Shown piece by piece: positions 1-7,515 of a DNA stretch of 18,328 bases. The stretch is from assembly GCA_965202625.1 (NCBI GenBank), contig CBDBBI010000009.1, positions 1 to 18,328 on the forward strand. Direction: 5' to 3'. This DNA is from a bacterium (GTDB lineage: Bacteria; UBA8248). The position numbers and the translations under genes were made by a program. The notes below the pieces were generated by a model that was not told where the DNA came from, did no database searches, and was given only the letters and a program-made list of their open reading frames with translations. Positions within the stretch are counted from its first letter, which is position 1. Every line of letters begins with the position of its first letter.

Positions 1-348
1 GTCTGGGCGGATCAGCGCAACCACTCCGAGAGCGAGGGCCAGCGACGCATGAACGCCCTCTCCGAGGGCGGCTCCCCCTGGCTGACGGACACCCTCTGGA
101 TGGGGGTGAACAAGGTGCGTTCGGGTGCCGCCGCCACCCTGGTGGGCACGCCCGAGATGGTGGCCGACGCACTCAGGGAATACGTCGCTCTGGGCGTTGG
201 GAACTTCATCCTCTCCGGCTGGCCGCATCTGGAGGAGGCGGAGATTTTCGGTCGTGAGGTCATGCCGCTGTTGAAGGACACCCGGCCCGCACGACTCGCC
301 TATGCGGACGGGGCGGGTGCGTCCCCCGCCCTTTCAACGAAAGGATGA
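1..348 (+). CDS. LLM-class flavin-dependent monooxygenase (SsuD/alkanesulfonate monooxygenase-like), 5'-truncated by the window edge
   Basis: Frame is open from base 1 (VWADQRNHSESEGQRRM...). The C-terminal motifs LWMGV..VRSGAAATLVGTPEMVADALREY..LG...FILSGWPHLEEAEIFGREVMPLL resemble the SsuD-type C-terminus. Confidence 0.85.
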   Translation, partial: VWADQRNHSESEGQRRMNALSEGGSPWLTDTLWMGVNKVRSGAAATLVGTPEMVADALREYVALGVGNFILSGWPHLEEAEIFGREVMPLLKDTRPARLAYADGAGASPALSTKG

Positions 349-351
349 ACG

Positions 352-1011
352 ATGGGCTACCGCGTTTTCGACAGCGAGGAGATGGATCACCAGCAAACCT
401 ATCGCCTGCTCATCGGCTCCGTCGTCCCCCGGCCCATCGCCTGGGTGAGCACGATGAGCGCGGCGGGTGTGCCCAATCTCGCCCCTTTCAGCTTCTTCAC
501 CATGGTCTCTCACTATCCGCCCATGGCGTCCATTTCCGTCGGCGAGCGCGAGAAGAAGCCCAAGGACACCGCGCGCAACATTATGGAGACGAGAGGCTAC
601 GTCATTCACACGGTGACGAACGGCTGGGAGGAGGCGATGAACCAGAGCGCGGGGAATTACGCTCCCGAGGAGAGCGAGTTTGAGGCCGTCGGCCTCGAAA
701 CCCTCCCCTCCGACCTGGTGGACGCCCCGCGCCTCAAGAACGCGCCCGTGGCGATGGAGTGCCGCTTCGAGCGGATGATTCCCTTCGGCGATGAATGGGT
801 GACGCACCTGATCATCGGAGAGGTACTCAGGTGGCACGTCCGGGAGGATTTGATGCGGGAGGGCAAATACATCGACCCGGCGAAACTCGGGCCGGTGGGC
901 AGGCTGGGCGGCCCGAGATACTGTCGGACGGGGGAGATTTTCGAGATGCGCCCTCCCTACGTCATGCCGGACAGGGCACACCCCAACGATCCCGCCCGGA
1001 ACGACGTCTAG
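352..1011 (+). CDS. Flavin reductase family protein (DIM6/NTAB-like, FMN-binding split barrel)
   Basis: Motifs LLIGSVVPRPIAWVST, NLAPFSFF, KPKDTARNI, ESEFEAVGL, PVAMECR and VGRLGGPRY are typical of this family. Starts 3 nt after the monooxygenase stop. Confidence 0.9.
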   Translation: MGYRVFDSEEMDHQQTYRLLIGSVVPRPIAWVSTMSAAGVPNLAPFSFFTMVSHYPPMASISVGEREKKPKDTARNIMETRGYVIHTVTNGWEEAMNQSAGNYAPEESEFEAVGLETLPSDLVDAPRLKNAPVAMECRFERMIPFGDEWVTHLIIGEVLRWHVREDLMREGKYIDPAKLGPVGRLGGPRYCRTGEIFEMRPPYVMPDRAHPNDPARNDV

Positions 1012-1156
1012 AGCTGCGGATGAGAGTCCCTGTGCAATTCGACTTTGCGGAAAAGGCGCATTCGCACCCGACAGCCTCTGGGCGAGGCGTCTGATGGGCG
1101 AGAACCCCACGCGGGCCGACGCGCCCGAGAATGCGCAAACACCGCAGAGGAGCGCC

Positions 1157-1807
1157 ATGAACGACGATCTGCTTCGGAAGATGGCGGCAGAAGATCTGGA
1201 TGCGGCACGCGTCGCGCGCGACCCGATCACACAGTTTCGCCGCTGGTACGCCCAGGCCCAAAGCGCGGGAATTCACCGCGAAGACGCGATGACGCTCGCC
1301 ACCGTCCAGCCGGACGGTGCTCCCGCCGCCCGGATCGTCCTGTATAAGGATCCGGAAACTCTGGGGGTCGATGCGCCGGGCTTTCTCTTTTTCACCAACT
1401 ACGAGAGCGACAAGGCCGCACACCTGGAGGGCGACCCCAGAGCCGCCCTCGTCTTTCACTGGAAAGAGGCGGGCCGGCAGGTGCGCGCCGAGGGCGTGAC
1501 CGAAAAACTGCCCGCCGAAATCTCGGACGCGTATTTCGCCTCCCGCCCGCGCGGCAGCCAGACAGGTGCGTGGGCCTCCCCCCAGAGCCGCGCGATACGC
1601 GACAGGGCGTTTCTTGAGCGAGGCGCGCGCGAGGCGGAGGAGAAATACGCGGGCCGCGCGGTACCGAGGCCGCCGGGCTGGGGCGGCTACCTCCTCACCC
1701 CCCGTTCGGTGGAGTTCTGGCGGCACAGGGACAGCCGCCTCCACGACCGCGTGCGCTACGCCCTGGAGACGGACGGCGGCTGGCGGATAGAGCGCCTCGC
1801 CCCGTGA
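1157..1807 (+). CDS. pdxH: Pyridoxine/pyridoxamine 5'-phosphate oxidase
   Basis: Motifs AMTLAT, ARIVLYK, FFTNYESDKA, RQVRAEG, YFASRPRGSQ.GAWASPQS, WGGY, VEFW..R.SRLHDR and W.IERLAP. ATG 1157 follows GAGGAG (1147-1152); the ORF track gives an alternative upstream ATG at 1094. Confidence 0.95.
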   Translation: MNDDLLRKMAAEDLDAARVARDPITQFRRWYAQAQSAGIHREDAMTLATVQPDGAPAARIVLYKDPETLGVDAPGFLFFTNYESDKAAHLEGDPRAALVFHWKEAGRQVRAEGVTEKLPAEISDAYFASRPRGSQTGAWASPQSRAIRDRAFLERGAREAEEKYAGRAVPRPPGWGGYLLTPRSVEFWRHRDSRLHDRVRYALETDGGWRIERLAP

Positions 1808-1877
1808 GGGACTATCCCTTTATGCGCTGCACCCTGCAGACAAAGAACAAAATCAAACATGCGGTATATCCGCGCAC

Positions 1878-1905
1878 TTGACAAACACTATATCTTTTGT
1901 AGTAG
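1878..1905 (+). promoter_or_regulatory. Possible sigma70-like promoter for cassette 1
   Basis: Perfect TTGACA at 1878-1883 in an AT-rich intergenic stretch. The -10 match (TAGTAG, 1900-1905, 16-nt spacing) is poor. Confidence 0.3.
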
Positions 1906-2016
1906 CCATGTGATTTCGCGGTGTAGTTTCGCTTTTGGGATTGCGCTCAAATCTTGAAAGACAAAGACGAGCAACGCCAACCTCAATCAGAAAATTGCTG
2001 GCCGGCGAGCGAAAAT

Positions 2017-2439
2017 ATGAACGGCACAGAGAAGGTCATCAAACACCTGGAAATGACCCAAGCCATTATCAACCGTTTGGGCAACAACTCCTTTCTCGTG
2101 AAAAATTGGAGCATGACTGTCATTGTCGCCGCCATAGTCTTGACTGCAAGGAGCGAGATGCTAAACCCGTTTATTGTTCTTCTCCTTATTCCACCCGTTA
2201 TAGGGTTCTGGTGGCTGGACGGATATTTTCTCTGGCAGGAAAGACTTTTCCGGCAAGTATATGACGAGATCAGGGTGCAATCCGATACAGATTTCAAGAT
2301 GGACGTGATGAAACATGGAAACAAACCGAAATGTAGTCGCTCATCCGCTATTTTCTCTCAAACTCTTTTCATTTTTTATTTGGTGGAGTTTTTCTTCATT
2401 TTTCTAGTGTTCGCAATAATTTATTGTGGAGGAGCATGA
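2017..2439 (+). CDS. Small membrane protein with about 3 TM segments, TIR-associated (putative defence effector)
   Basis: KHLEMTQAIINRLGNNSFLVKNWS...FWWLDGYFLWQERLFRQVYDEIR with three hydrophobic segments. AT-rich and directly upstream of the TIR gene. ATG 2017 preferred; the ORF extends to TTG 1954. Confidence 0.75.
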   Translation: MNGTEKVIKHLEMTQAIINRLGNNSFLVKNWSMTVIVAAIVLTARSEMLNPFIVLLLIPPVIGFWWLDGYFLWQERLFRQVYDEIRVQSDTDFKMDVMKHGNKPKCSRSSAIFSQTLFIFYLVEFFFIFLVFAIIYCGGA

Positions 2440-2467
2440 GAATATGGGTGAGATAAGGAAAACCGTC

Positions 2468-2965
2468 ATGCAAAAAAGACAAGTGTTCTACAGTTTTGAC
2501 TATAAGTCAGACAGTTGGCGTGTGGCCCAAGTGCGCAATATAGGCGTTCTTGAGGGAAACAAAACCATAACGGATAACGATTGGGAGGAAGTCAAAAAAG
2601 GCAGCAAAAACGCTATAAAACGATGGATTGACAAGCAAATGGAGTATAGATCTTGCACTGTTGTTTTGGTTGGAACAAATACCGCAGGTAGAGAATGGAT
2701 TGACTATGAAATAATACATTCATGGGAACAGGGTATGGGCGTCGTGGGTATCCATATTCATGGGTTAGAAGATAAGCAAGAATATCGTTCGGGAAAAGGG
2801 CGAAATCCTTTTGATTCTCTGTCTTTCCAAAACGGAAAGAAGTTATCTCATTTGGTCAAATGTTATGATCCAAGAGGAAGTAATAGCAAACAAGTATATG
2901 CCTGGATTTCAACGCATTTATCAAATGTAGTGGAAGAAGCAATCAAGATAAGGAAAACAAATTAA
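2468..2965 (+). CDS. TIR-domain protein, Thoeris ThsB-like (MTH538/DUF1863 type)
   Basis: KRQVFYSFDY..DSWRVAQVRN, DNDWEEVKK, IKRWIDKQM..RSCTVVLVG..TA.R.WIDYEI..SW..G.GVVGIHIHGL; the putative catalytic Glu in WIDYEI is intact. AAGGA at 2455-2459 precedes ATG 2468; the ORF track starts at 2426. Confidence 0.9.
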   Translation: MQKRQVFYSFDYKSDSWRVAQVRNIGVLEGNKTITDNDWEEVKKGSKNAIKRWIDKQMEYRSCTVVLVGTNTAGREWIDYEIIHSWEQGMGVVGIHIHGLEDKQEYRSGKGRNPFDSLSFQNGKKLSHLVKCYDPRGSNSKQVYAWISTHLSNVVEEAIKIRKTN

Positions 2966-3010
2966 GTGAACAAGCCAGCAAAACGTGACAGGGCTTGCGG
3001 TTCACAAACC

Positions 3011-3336
3011 TGCAAACCCCCCCTCAAACCTTCACGCCCCCGATGCCCCATGAGGTGTCCTTCGCCGTGACGAAGACGTAGTCCGCATCGCCCAGAATTT
3101 CGCAGGAATGCACCGCGTTCGCCGGAATGTGGGCGATGTCGCCCGGAGCGAGCGTCCCCGTCTCCTCGCCTATCTTCATGCGCGCGGCACCGAGGCCGCT
3201 CGGCTGGTGCGGCTACCTCCTCGTGCCCCGTTCTGTGGAGTTCTGGCGGCACAGGGACAGCCGCCTCCACGACCGCGTGCGCTACGCCCTGGAGACGGAC
3301 GGCGGCTGGCGGATAGAGCGCCTCGCCCCGTGAGGG
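3011..3336. repeat. Chimeric repeat copy 1: cupin 3' end (minus strand) fused to pdxH 3' end
   Basis: 3024-3192 matches 6775-6943 (cupin 3' end including its stop). 3181-3336 matches 1655-1810 (pdxH 3' end including its stop), and the last 102 bp are identical to 1709-1810. The two halves overlap at CGCGCGG(C/T)ACCG, 3181-3192. Confidence 0.95.
3181..3333 (+). pseudogene. pdxH: pdxH 3'-terminal fragment (about 50 codons)
   Basis: Translates ...[47 protein letters not shown], near-identical to the C-terminus of the intact pdxH; the 5' part of the gene is absent. Confidence 0.85.
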
Positions 3337-3441
3337 GGGGCGGCGCGGCTCATATCCGTATTGAATCCATGACGTGGGTGCCGTAAGCTGGGCGCGCCGC
3401 ATCAGCAGCGACGTCTGGGCACCGGAATGTGAGGTGATGAT

Positions 3442-4974
3442 TTGAGCGATTCGCCTGTGCAAGGCTCCGTCAAGCTCGATGTGAAAAATTTCGGACCCAT
3501 TGCCGATGCCAAAATTGATCTGCGTCCTTTGACCGTGTTCGTGGGACCAAGCAACACGGGCAAATCCTATCTGGCGATTCTGATATATGCCTTGCACCGG
3601 TTTTTCAGTCGTCATCTTGATGGCCTGGGTCTGCCTGGCTTCCGACACTTTCCATTAGGTTACGACCTATTTGTGGACGACGAGGAGAATCAACCCACCA
3701 AGGAAACTTTGGATGAGTTTCTCGACTGGGCGAAGCGGACGTTTGGGGACGAGGAAGCGTTGTCAAATGAGAAAAGCATTCTTATCCCCGATCCCATCGC
3801 AGGTTGGGTTCGTTCAGCGCTCACCAGTCTTGACGCGCGGGGCGGCGATCTCGGCGATGAAATCAGCAGGTGCTTCGGCGTTAACGAGGCAAAAGAATTG
3901 ATTCGGAAAGGGGGAAGTGCCCGGAACCCGCAGGTCGTTCTACGAAGGGGCGTCTCGGACGATGCCGATCCTTTCGTCCAAGAGCTGAGCATCCACGCGA
4001 AAAAGCCCGCGCTCAAGACGACGATTCCCGAAAATATGCCTATACGGCTCAAAACTGATGATCCGTCATTGAGTAAATTCGGCCACTCCTACCGCAGGAT
4101 GATGCCTATGCGGGATGAGGAGCAGGAATTAACGGCCCGGCGGCTGATAGCGAATTTAAGCGACTTCACTGCAAATCAGGTCTTTGGGCAGGTTTTTGGC
4201 CCCCTGCGTCTTCCGGCCTTCTATCTTCCCGCCGACCGTACAGGCGTCATGCACGCCCATCGCGTGGTCGTAAGCGCCTTGATCGAGCGCGCCACCAGGG
4301 CGGGTCTGCATCAGGATACCCCCATTCCCATGCTCTCGGGCGTTCTGGCGGACTTCCTCAAACAACTGATTGCGCTCGACAGTGGGCCGTCTGGGCGCGA
4401 ACCTCAAAACCCTCTCGACAAGGGAATCGAAAAATTCATCCTCGGCGGAGAAGTGAACGTCAAGAAAACGGAAACCGGCTACCCGCGCTTCACCTATCGG
4501 CCGGAGAAATGGGAGGCCGACCTTCCATTGATGAACGCCTCGTCCATGGTGGCGGAACTCGCGCCGGTGGTGCTGTATCTGCGCTACGTGGTGAGACCCG
4601 ACAACGTGCTGATCATTGAGGAACCAGAATCGCACCTGCATCCCGCCATGCAGGTCGAATTCACACGGCAAATCGCGGCGCTCGTCCGCGCGGGCGTTCG
4701 GGTGCTCCTCACGACGCACAGCGAGTGGGTACTGGAAGAACTCGCCAACATCGTGCAGTCATCGAACCTGCCTAAAGATGGCGACGTCGATCTACGACCT
4801 GATGATGTGGGTGTATGGCTATTTCAGCCAAAGAACCGCCCAAGGGGTTCGATCGTGAAGGAAATCCCCCTGGATGATTCGGGGCTTTTCCCGTCTGGTT
4901 TTGATGACGTCGCCGCCGCGCTCCACAATGACTGGGCCGATATTTCCAGCCAGATTGGAGAAGAAAGCGGGTGA
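3442..4974 (+). CDS. ABC-type/AAA ATPase (AAA_15/AAA_21-like, defence-associated)
   Basis: N-terminal VKNFGPI, Walker A GPSNTGKS, LPADRTG, degenerate signature NASSMVAEL, Walker B/D-loop LIIEEPESHLHP and H-loop LLTTHS. GAGGTG at 3431-3436 precedes the TTG start. Confidence 0.9.
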   Translation: MSDSPVQGSVKLDVKNFGPIADAKIDLRPLTVFVGPSNTGKSYLAILIYALHRFFSRHLDGLGLPGFRHFPLGYDLFVDDEENQPTKETLDEFLDWAKRTFGDEEALSNEKSILIPDPIAGWVRSALTSLDARGGDLGDEISRCFGVNEAKELIRKGGSARNPQVVLRRGVSDDADPFVQELSIHAKKPALKTTIPENMPIRLKTDDPSLSKFGHSYRRMMPMRDEEQELTARRLIANLSDFTANQVFGQVFGPLRLPAFYLPADRTGVMHAHRVVVSALIERATRAGLHQDTPIPMLSGVLADFLKQLIALDSGPSGREPQNPLDKGIEKFILGGEVNVKKTETGYPRFTYRPEKWEADLPLMNASSMVAELAPVVLYLRYVVRPDNVLIIEEPESHLHPAMQVEFTRQIAALVRAGVRVLLTTHSEWVLEELANIVQSSNLPKDGDVDLRPDDVGVWLFQPKNRPRGSIVKEIPLDDSGLFPSGFDDVAAALHNDWADISSQIGEESG

Positions 4975-5447
4975 AGGGCCTCGTGGATGCAGTTCGGGCA
5001 GAGGTTTCTCCGCAATGTCTTTCAAGGAATTGCCGCAGGGATGGTTGTGGCGTATCCCTTCAAGGTGCGCCGTCGCCACGCTTGATCATCGATTTTGACA
5101 AACCGGGCTCGCCCCTCGACAAGAATCAGAAACGTCCCGACTACCTGTTCATCGCCGAAAGCGGCAGCGATTCTTCATGGGTCGCGCCGCTGGAACTCAA
5201 GAAAGGTCGGTTGGACGTCAGCCAAGCCATTGCACAACTTCAAGCAGGGGCGCGCGCCGCCGAGGGGGTTGTTCCCGAAAATGCAGCGGTCAAGTTTCGT
5301 CCCGTCGTCGCCCATAAGGGCGTGAGAACATCGGAAATCAGGGCACAGAGGAAAAATGGAAGCGGAAAAATACGTTTCCGCGGGCGAAGTGAAGCCTTAC
5401 GATGGCTCAGATGCGGCTCTAAATTGACCGATAGACTGAGATCATAG
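4971..5447 (+). CDS. Small basic protein with a PD-(D/E)XK nuclease-like motif, partner of the ATPase
   Basis: KRPDYLFIAE...WVAPLELKKG...AIAQLQAG fits PD...ExK. The GTG start overlaps the ATPase stop (GTGA), suggesting translational coupling. Confidence 0.7.
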   Translation: MKGLVDAVRAEVSPQCLSRNCRRDGCGVSLQGAPSPRLIIDFDKPGSPLDKNQKRPDYLFIAESGSDSSWVAPLELKKGRLDVSQAIAQLQAGARAAEGVVPENAAVKFRPVVAHKGVRTSEIRAQRKNGSGKIRFRGRSEALRWLRCGSKLTDRLRS

Positions 5448-5484
5448 GGAAAATGAATCCGCCAACGAAAATCTGAGAGCGGAG

Positions 5485-5708
5485 TGCAAACCCCCCTCAA
5501 ACCTTCACGCCCCCGATGCCCCATGAGGTATCCTTCGCCGTGACGAAGACGTAGTCCGCATCGCCGAGAATTTCGCAGGAATGCACCGCGTTCGCCGGAA
5601 TGTGGGCGATGTCGCCCGGAGCGAGCGTCCCCGTCTCCTCGCCTATCTTCATGCGCGCGGCACCGAGGCCGCCGGGTTGGGGCGGCTACCTCCTCGTGTC
5701 CCGTTCGG
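5485..5708. repeat. Chimeric repeat copy 2: cupin 3' end fused to a truncated pdxH fragment
   Basis: 5497-5665 matches 6775-6943 and 5654-5708 matches 1655-1709. Has the same CGCGCGGCACCG junction as copy 1 and the same TGCAAACCCCCC(C)TCAAAC left edge. Confidence 0.95.
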
Positions 5709-5820
5709 GAGCCGCTGGGCTTGAACGTTACGATGGAGCGCGCCAAAGAGGTCAAGGTAGAGCGGGCATCAGAGGTGAGATAGAATAGGAATATGATTTT
5801 GCAATAAAGGAGATAGCATA

Positions 5821-6759
5821 TTGCCGATCTTTGATACCTTTTCGAGACGAAAACGCCGAGCCGAACAAACAGAAGCCGACGTGTATCAATACGATGATAT
5901 CCCCGAAAAACTGCGATTTCAGGTGTGTCGCATCTTCAGCAATTCAATCGGAGCTTACAGGGCATATGAGCAATTTGATCAGAATAATGCACTTTGGCAT
6001 AACATTGCTGAAACGGTGGCGCAGGAGTTAGGTCGGAGAACACTTGCTGATGGAAATGACCCGAAAGAGGATTGTCTCTATTTTTTGCAACAAGAGCAGA
6101 ATACCGACCATTGGCTGGACTTGGTGGAAATCTCAGCATTAGCTATCGACAAAATTTGCCGAGGCCCAAAATACGATGAATATTTTCGGGAGCGCAAGGG
6201 CATCACGCAAACAGCGGACGACGCAATACAAGAACTGAATTTTCGATTCAAAGAAGCAAGGCTTGGTTATCGGTATGAGAATGGTCAGATCATTCAGATT
6301 GACAACGACCTGCTCCATGCCGAAGTCACGAAACCCGCCCTTCAACTGTTATCCGATCCCCGCTTCAAGGGGGCGGAAGAAGAGTTCCGAGAAGCGCACG
6401 AGCATTACCGCGTTCACAAATATGAAGATTGCATTACGAACGCGCTCAAAGCGTTCGAGAGCACGCTGAAAACGATCTGCGACTTGAAAGAATGGGAATA
6501 CTCAAAAAAATCTACAGCTTCTAATTTACTAAAAATAGTTTTTAGAGAAAAATTAGTCCCCGACTATCTAGACAATTCGTTCACACAGTTAGCCGCAACG
6601 TTGCAGTCGGGCCTGCCAAAGGTGCGCAACGAAGCGGGCGGTCATGGACAAGGCACAGGTCTTCGAGAAACACCCGATTACATCGCCGCTTACGCCCTAC
6701 ACCTAGCCGCAGCCAAGATCGTGCTCTTGGTTCGTGCGATGCAAGCAACCGAAAAATAG
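5821..6759 (+). CDS. Abortive-infection-like protein: AbiJ-type N-terminal domain plus C-terminal HEPN/Abi_C-like domain (STM4504/CBY_0614-like)
   Basis: N-terminal IFDTFSRR...DVYQYDDIPEKLRFQV, central AIQELNFRFKEARLGYRYENGQII, and C-terminal GAEEEFREAHEHYR...ALKAFESTLKTIC...RNEAGGHGQG (R-x5-H). AAGGAG at 5807-5812; lower GC than the flanks. Confidence 0.8.
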   Translation: MPIFDTFSRRKRRAEQTEADVYQYDDIPEKLRFQVCRIFSNSIGAYRAYEQFDQNNALWHNIAETVAQELGRRTLADGNDPKEDCLYFLQQEQNTDHWLDLVEISALAIDKICRGPKYDEYFRERKGITQTADDAIQELNFRFKEARLGYRYENGQIIQIDNDLLHAEVTKPALQLLSDPRFKGAEEEFREAHEHYRVHKYEDCITNALKAFESTLKTICDLKEWEYSKKSTASNLLKIVFREKLVPDYLDNSFTQLAATLQSGLPKVRNEAGGHGQGTGLRETPDYIAAYALHLAAAKIVLLVRAMQATEK

Positions 6760-6774
6760 TGAGATCCTCCCCCC

Positions 6775-7515
6775 TCACGCCTTCACGCCCCCGATGCCCC
6801 ATGAGGTATCCTTCGCCGTGACGAAGACGTAGTCCGCATCGCCCAGAATTTCGCAGGAATGCACCGCGTTCGCCGGAATGTGGGCGATGTCGCCCAGGGC
6901 GAGCGTCCCCGTCTCCTCGCCTATATTCATGCGCGCGGCACCGCTCAGGACGATCGCAAATTGCTCGTTGGGGTGGGAGTGGGCCTCGGCGCGTCCTCCC
7001 GCGGGAATCCGCATCTTCCCAAAGATGACGCGCGCACCCGTCACCCACGCCCCCTCGGTCGGGCTGTAGGTCTCGCCCGCCAGCTCCTTGTCCATCGCCT
7101 CGGTGTCATAGAAATAGGGGATGCGCCCCGCACCCCCGCTTTCCCCGCGCCCGGCGGCACGCCCCATCTCGGCGGGCGTTCCCTCAATGCCCGCGGCCGT
7201 GTCCTTCGCCACGATGAACTCATAATCCGCATCGTCCAGCACCTCGGCCTCGTGCACGGCACCAGCGGGCCGGTAGGCGATGTGGCCGGGCGTGAGAACC
7301 CCGCTCTCGCCCTCCACGTTCAGGCGGACGCTTCCGGCGAGGCAGTAGCCGAACTGCTCGTTCGGGTGGGAGTGCGCGCTTGAGCGCGTGCCGGCGGGCA
7401 TCCGCATCTTGCCGAAAATGATCCGCTCCCCCCGCACCCACGCCCCCTCGGTCGGGCTGTATGCCGCCCCCGCAAGGTTCTTCTCCATCTCGCTCGTCCT
7501 GTAGAAACAAGGCAT
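6775..7515 (-). CDS. Bi-cupin protein (two tandem cupin domains)
   Basis: Two copies of YSPTEGAWV.G.R.IFGKMR.PAG.R..AHSHPNEQF...L.G and G.IA..PA.AVH (cupin motifs 1 and 2). ATG 7515 has an upstream GAGGGAG; the ORF track extends to 7644. Confidence 0.88.
   Translation of the reverse strand: MPCFYRTSEMEKNLAGAAYSPTEGAWVRGERIIFGKMRMPAGTRSSAHSHPNEQFGYCLAGSVRLNVEGESGVLTPGHIAYRPAGAVHEAEVLDDADYEFIVAKDTAAGIEGTPAEMGRAAGRGESGGAGRIPYFYDTEAMDKELAGETYSPTEGAWVTGARVIFGKMRIPAGGRAEAHSHPNEQFAIVLSGAARMNIGEETGTLALGDIAHIPANAVHSCEILGDADYVFVTAKDTSWGIGGVKA

Noticed and set aside
334-1744. Minus-strand ORFs 334-1230 and 962-1744
   Set aside because: Antisense to well-supported flavin reductase and pdxH genes in high-GC DNA, with no recognisable motifs.
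3127-3333. Chimeric ORFs 3127-3333 and 5600-5788 ([11 protein letters not shown]...) as functional small proteins
   Set aside because: The N-terminal part is antisense cupin sequence that happens to be in frame with the pdxH tail; no clear RBS, and the two copies diverge at the C-terminus.
2962-3648. Minus-strand ORFs 2962-3648 and 5240-5755
   Set aside because: They overlap the ATPase, nuclease-like gene and repeats on the opposite strand; their mutual similarity comes only from the repeat.
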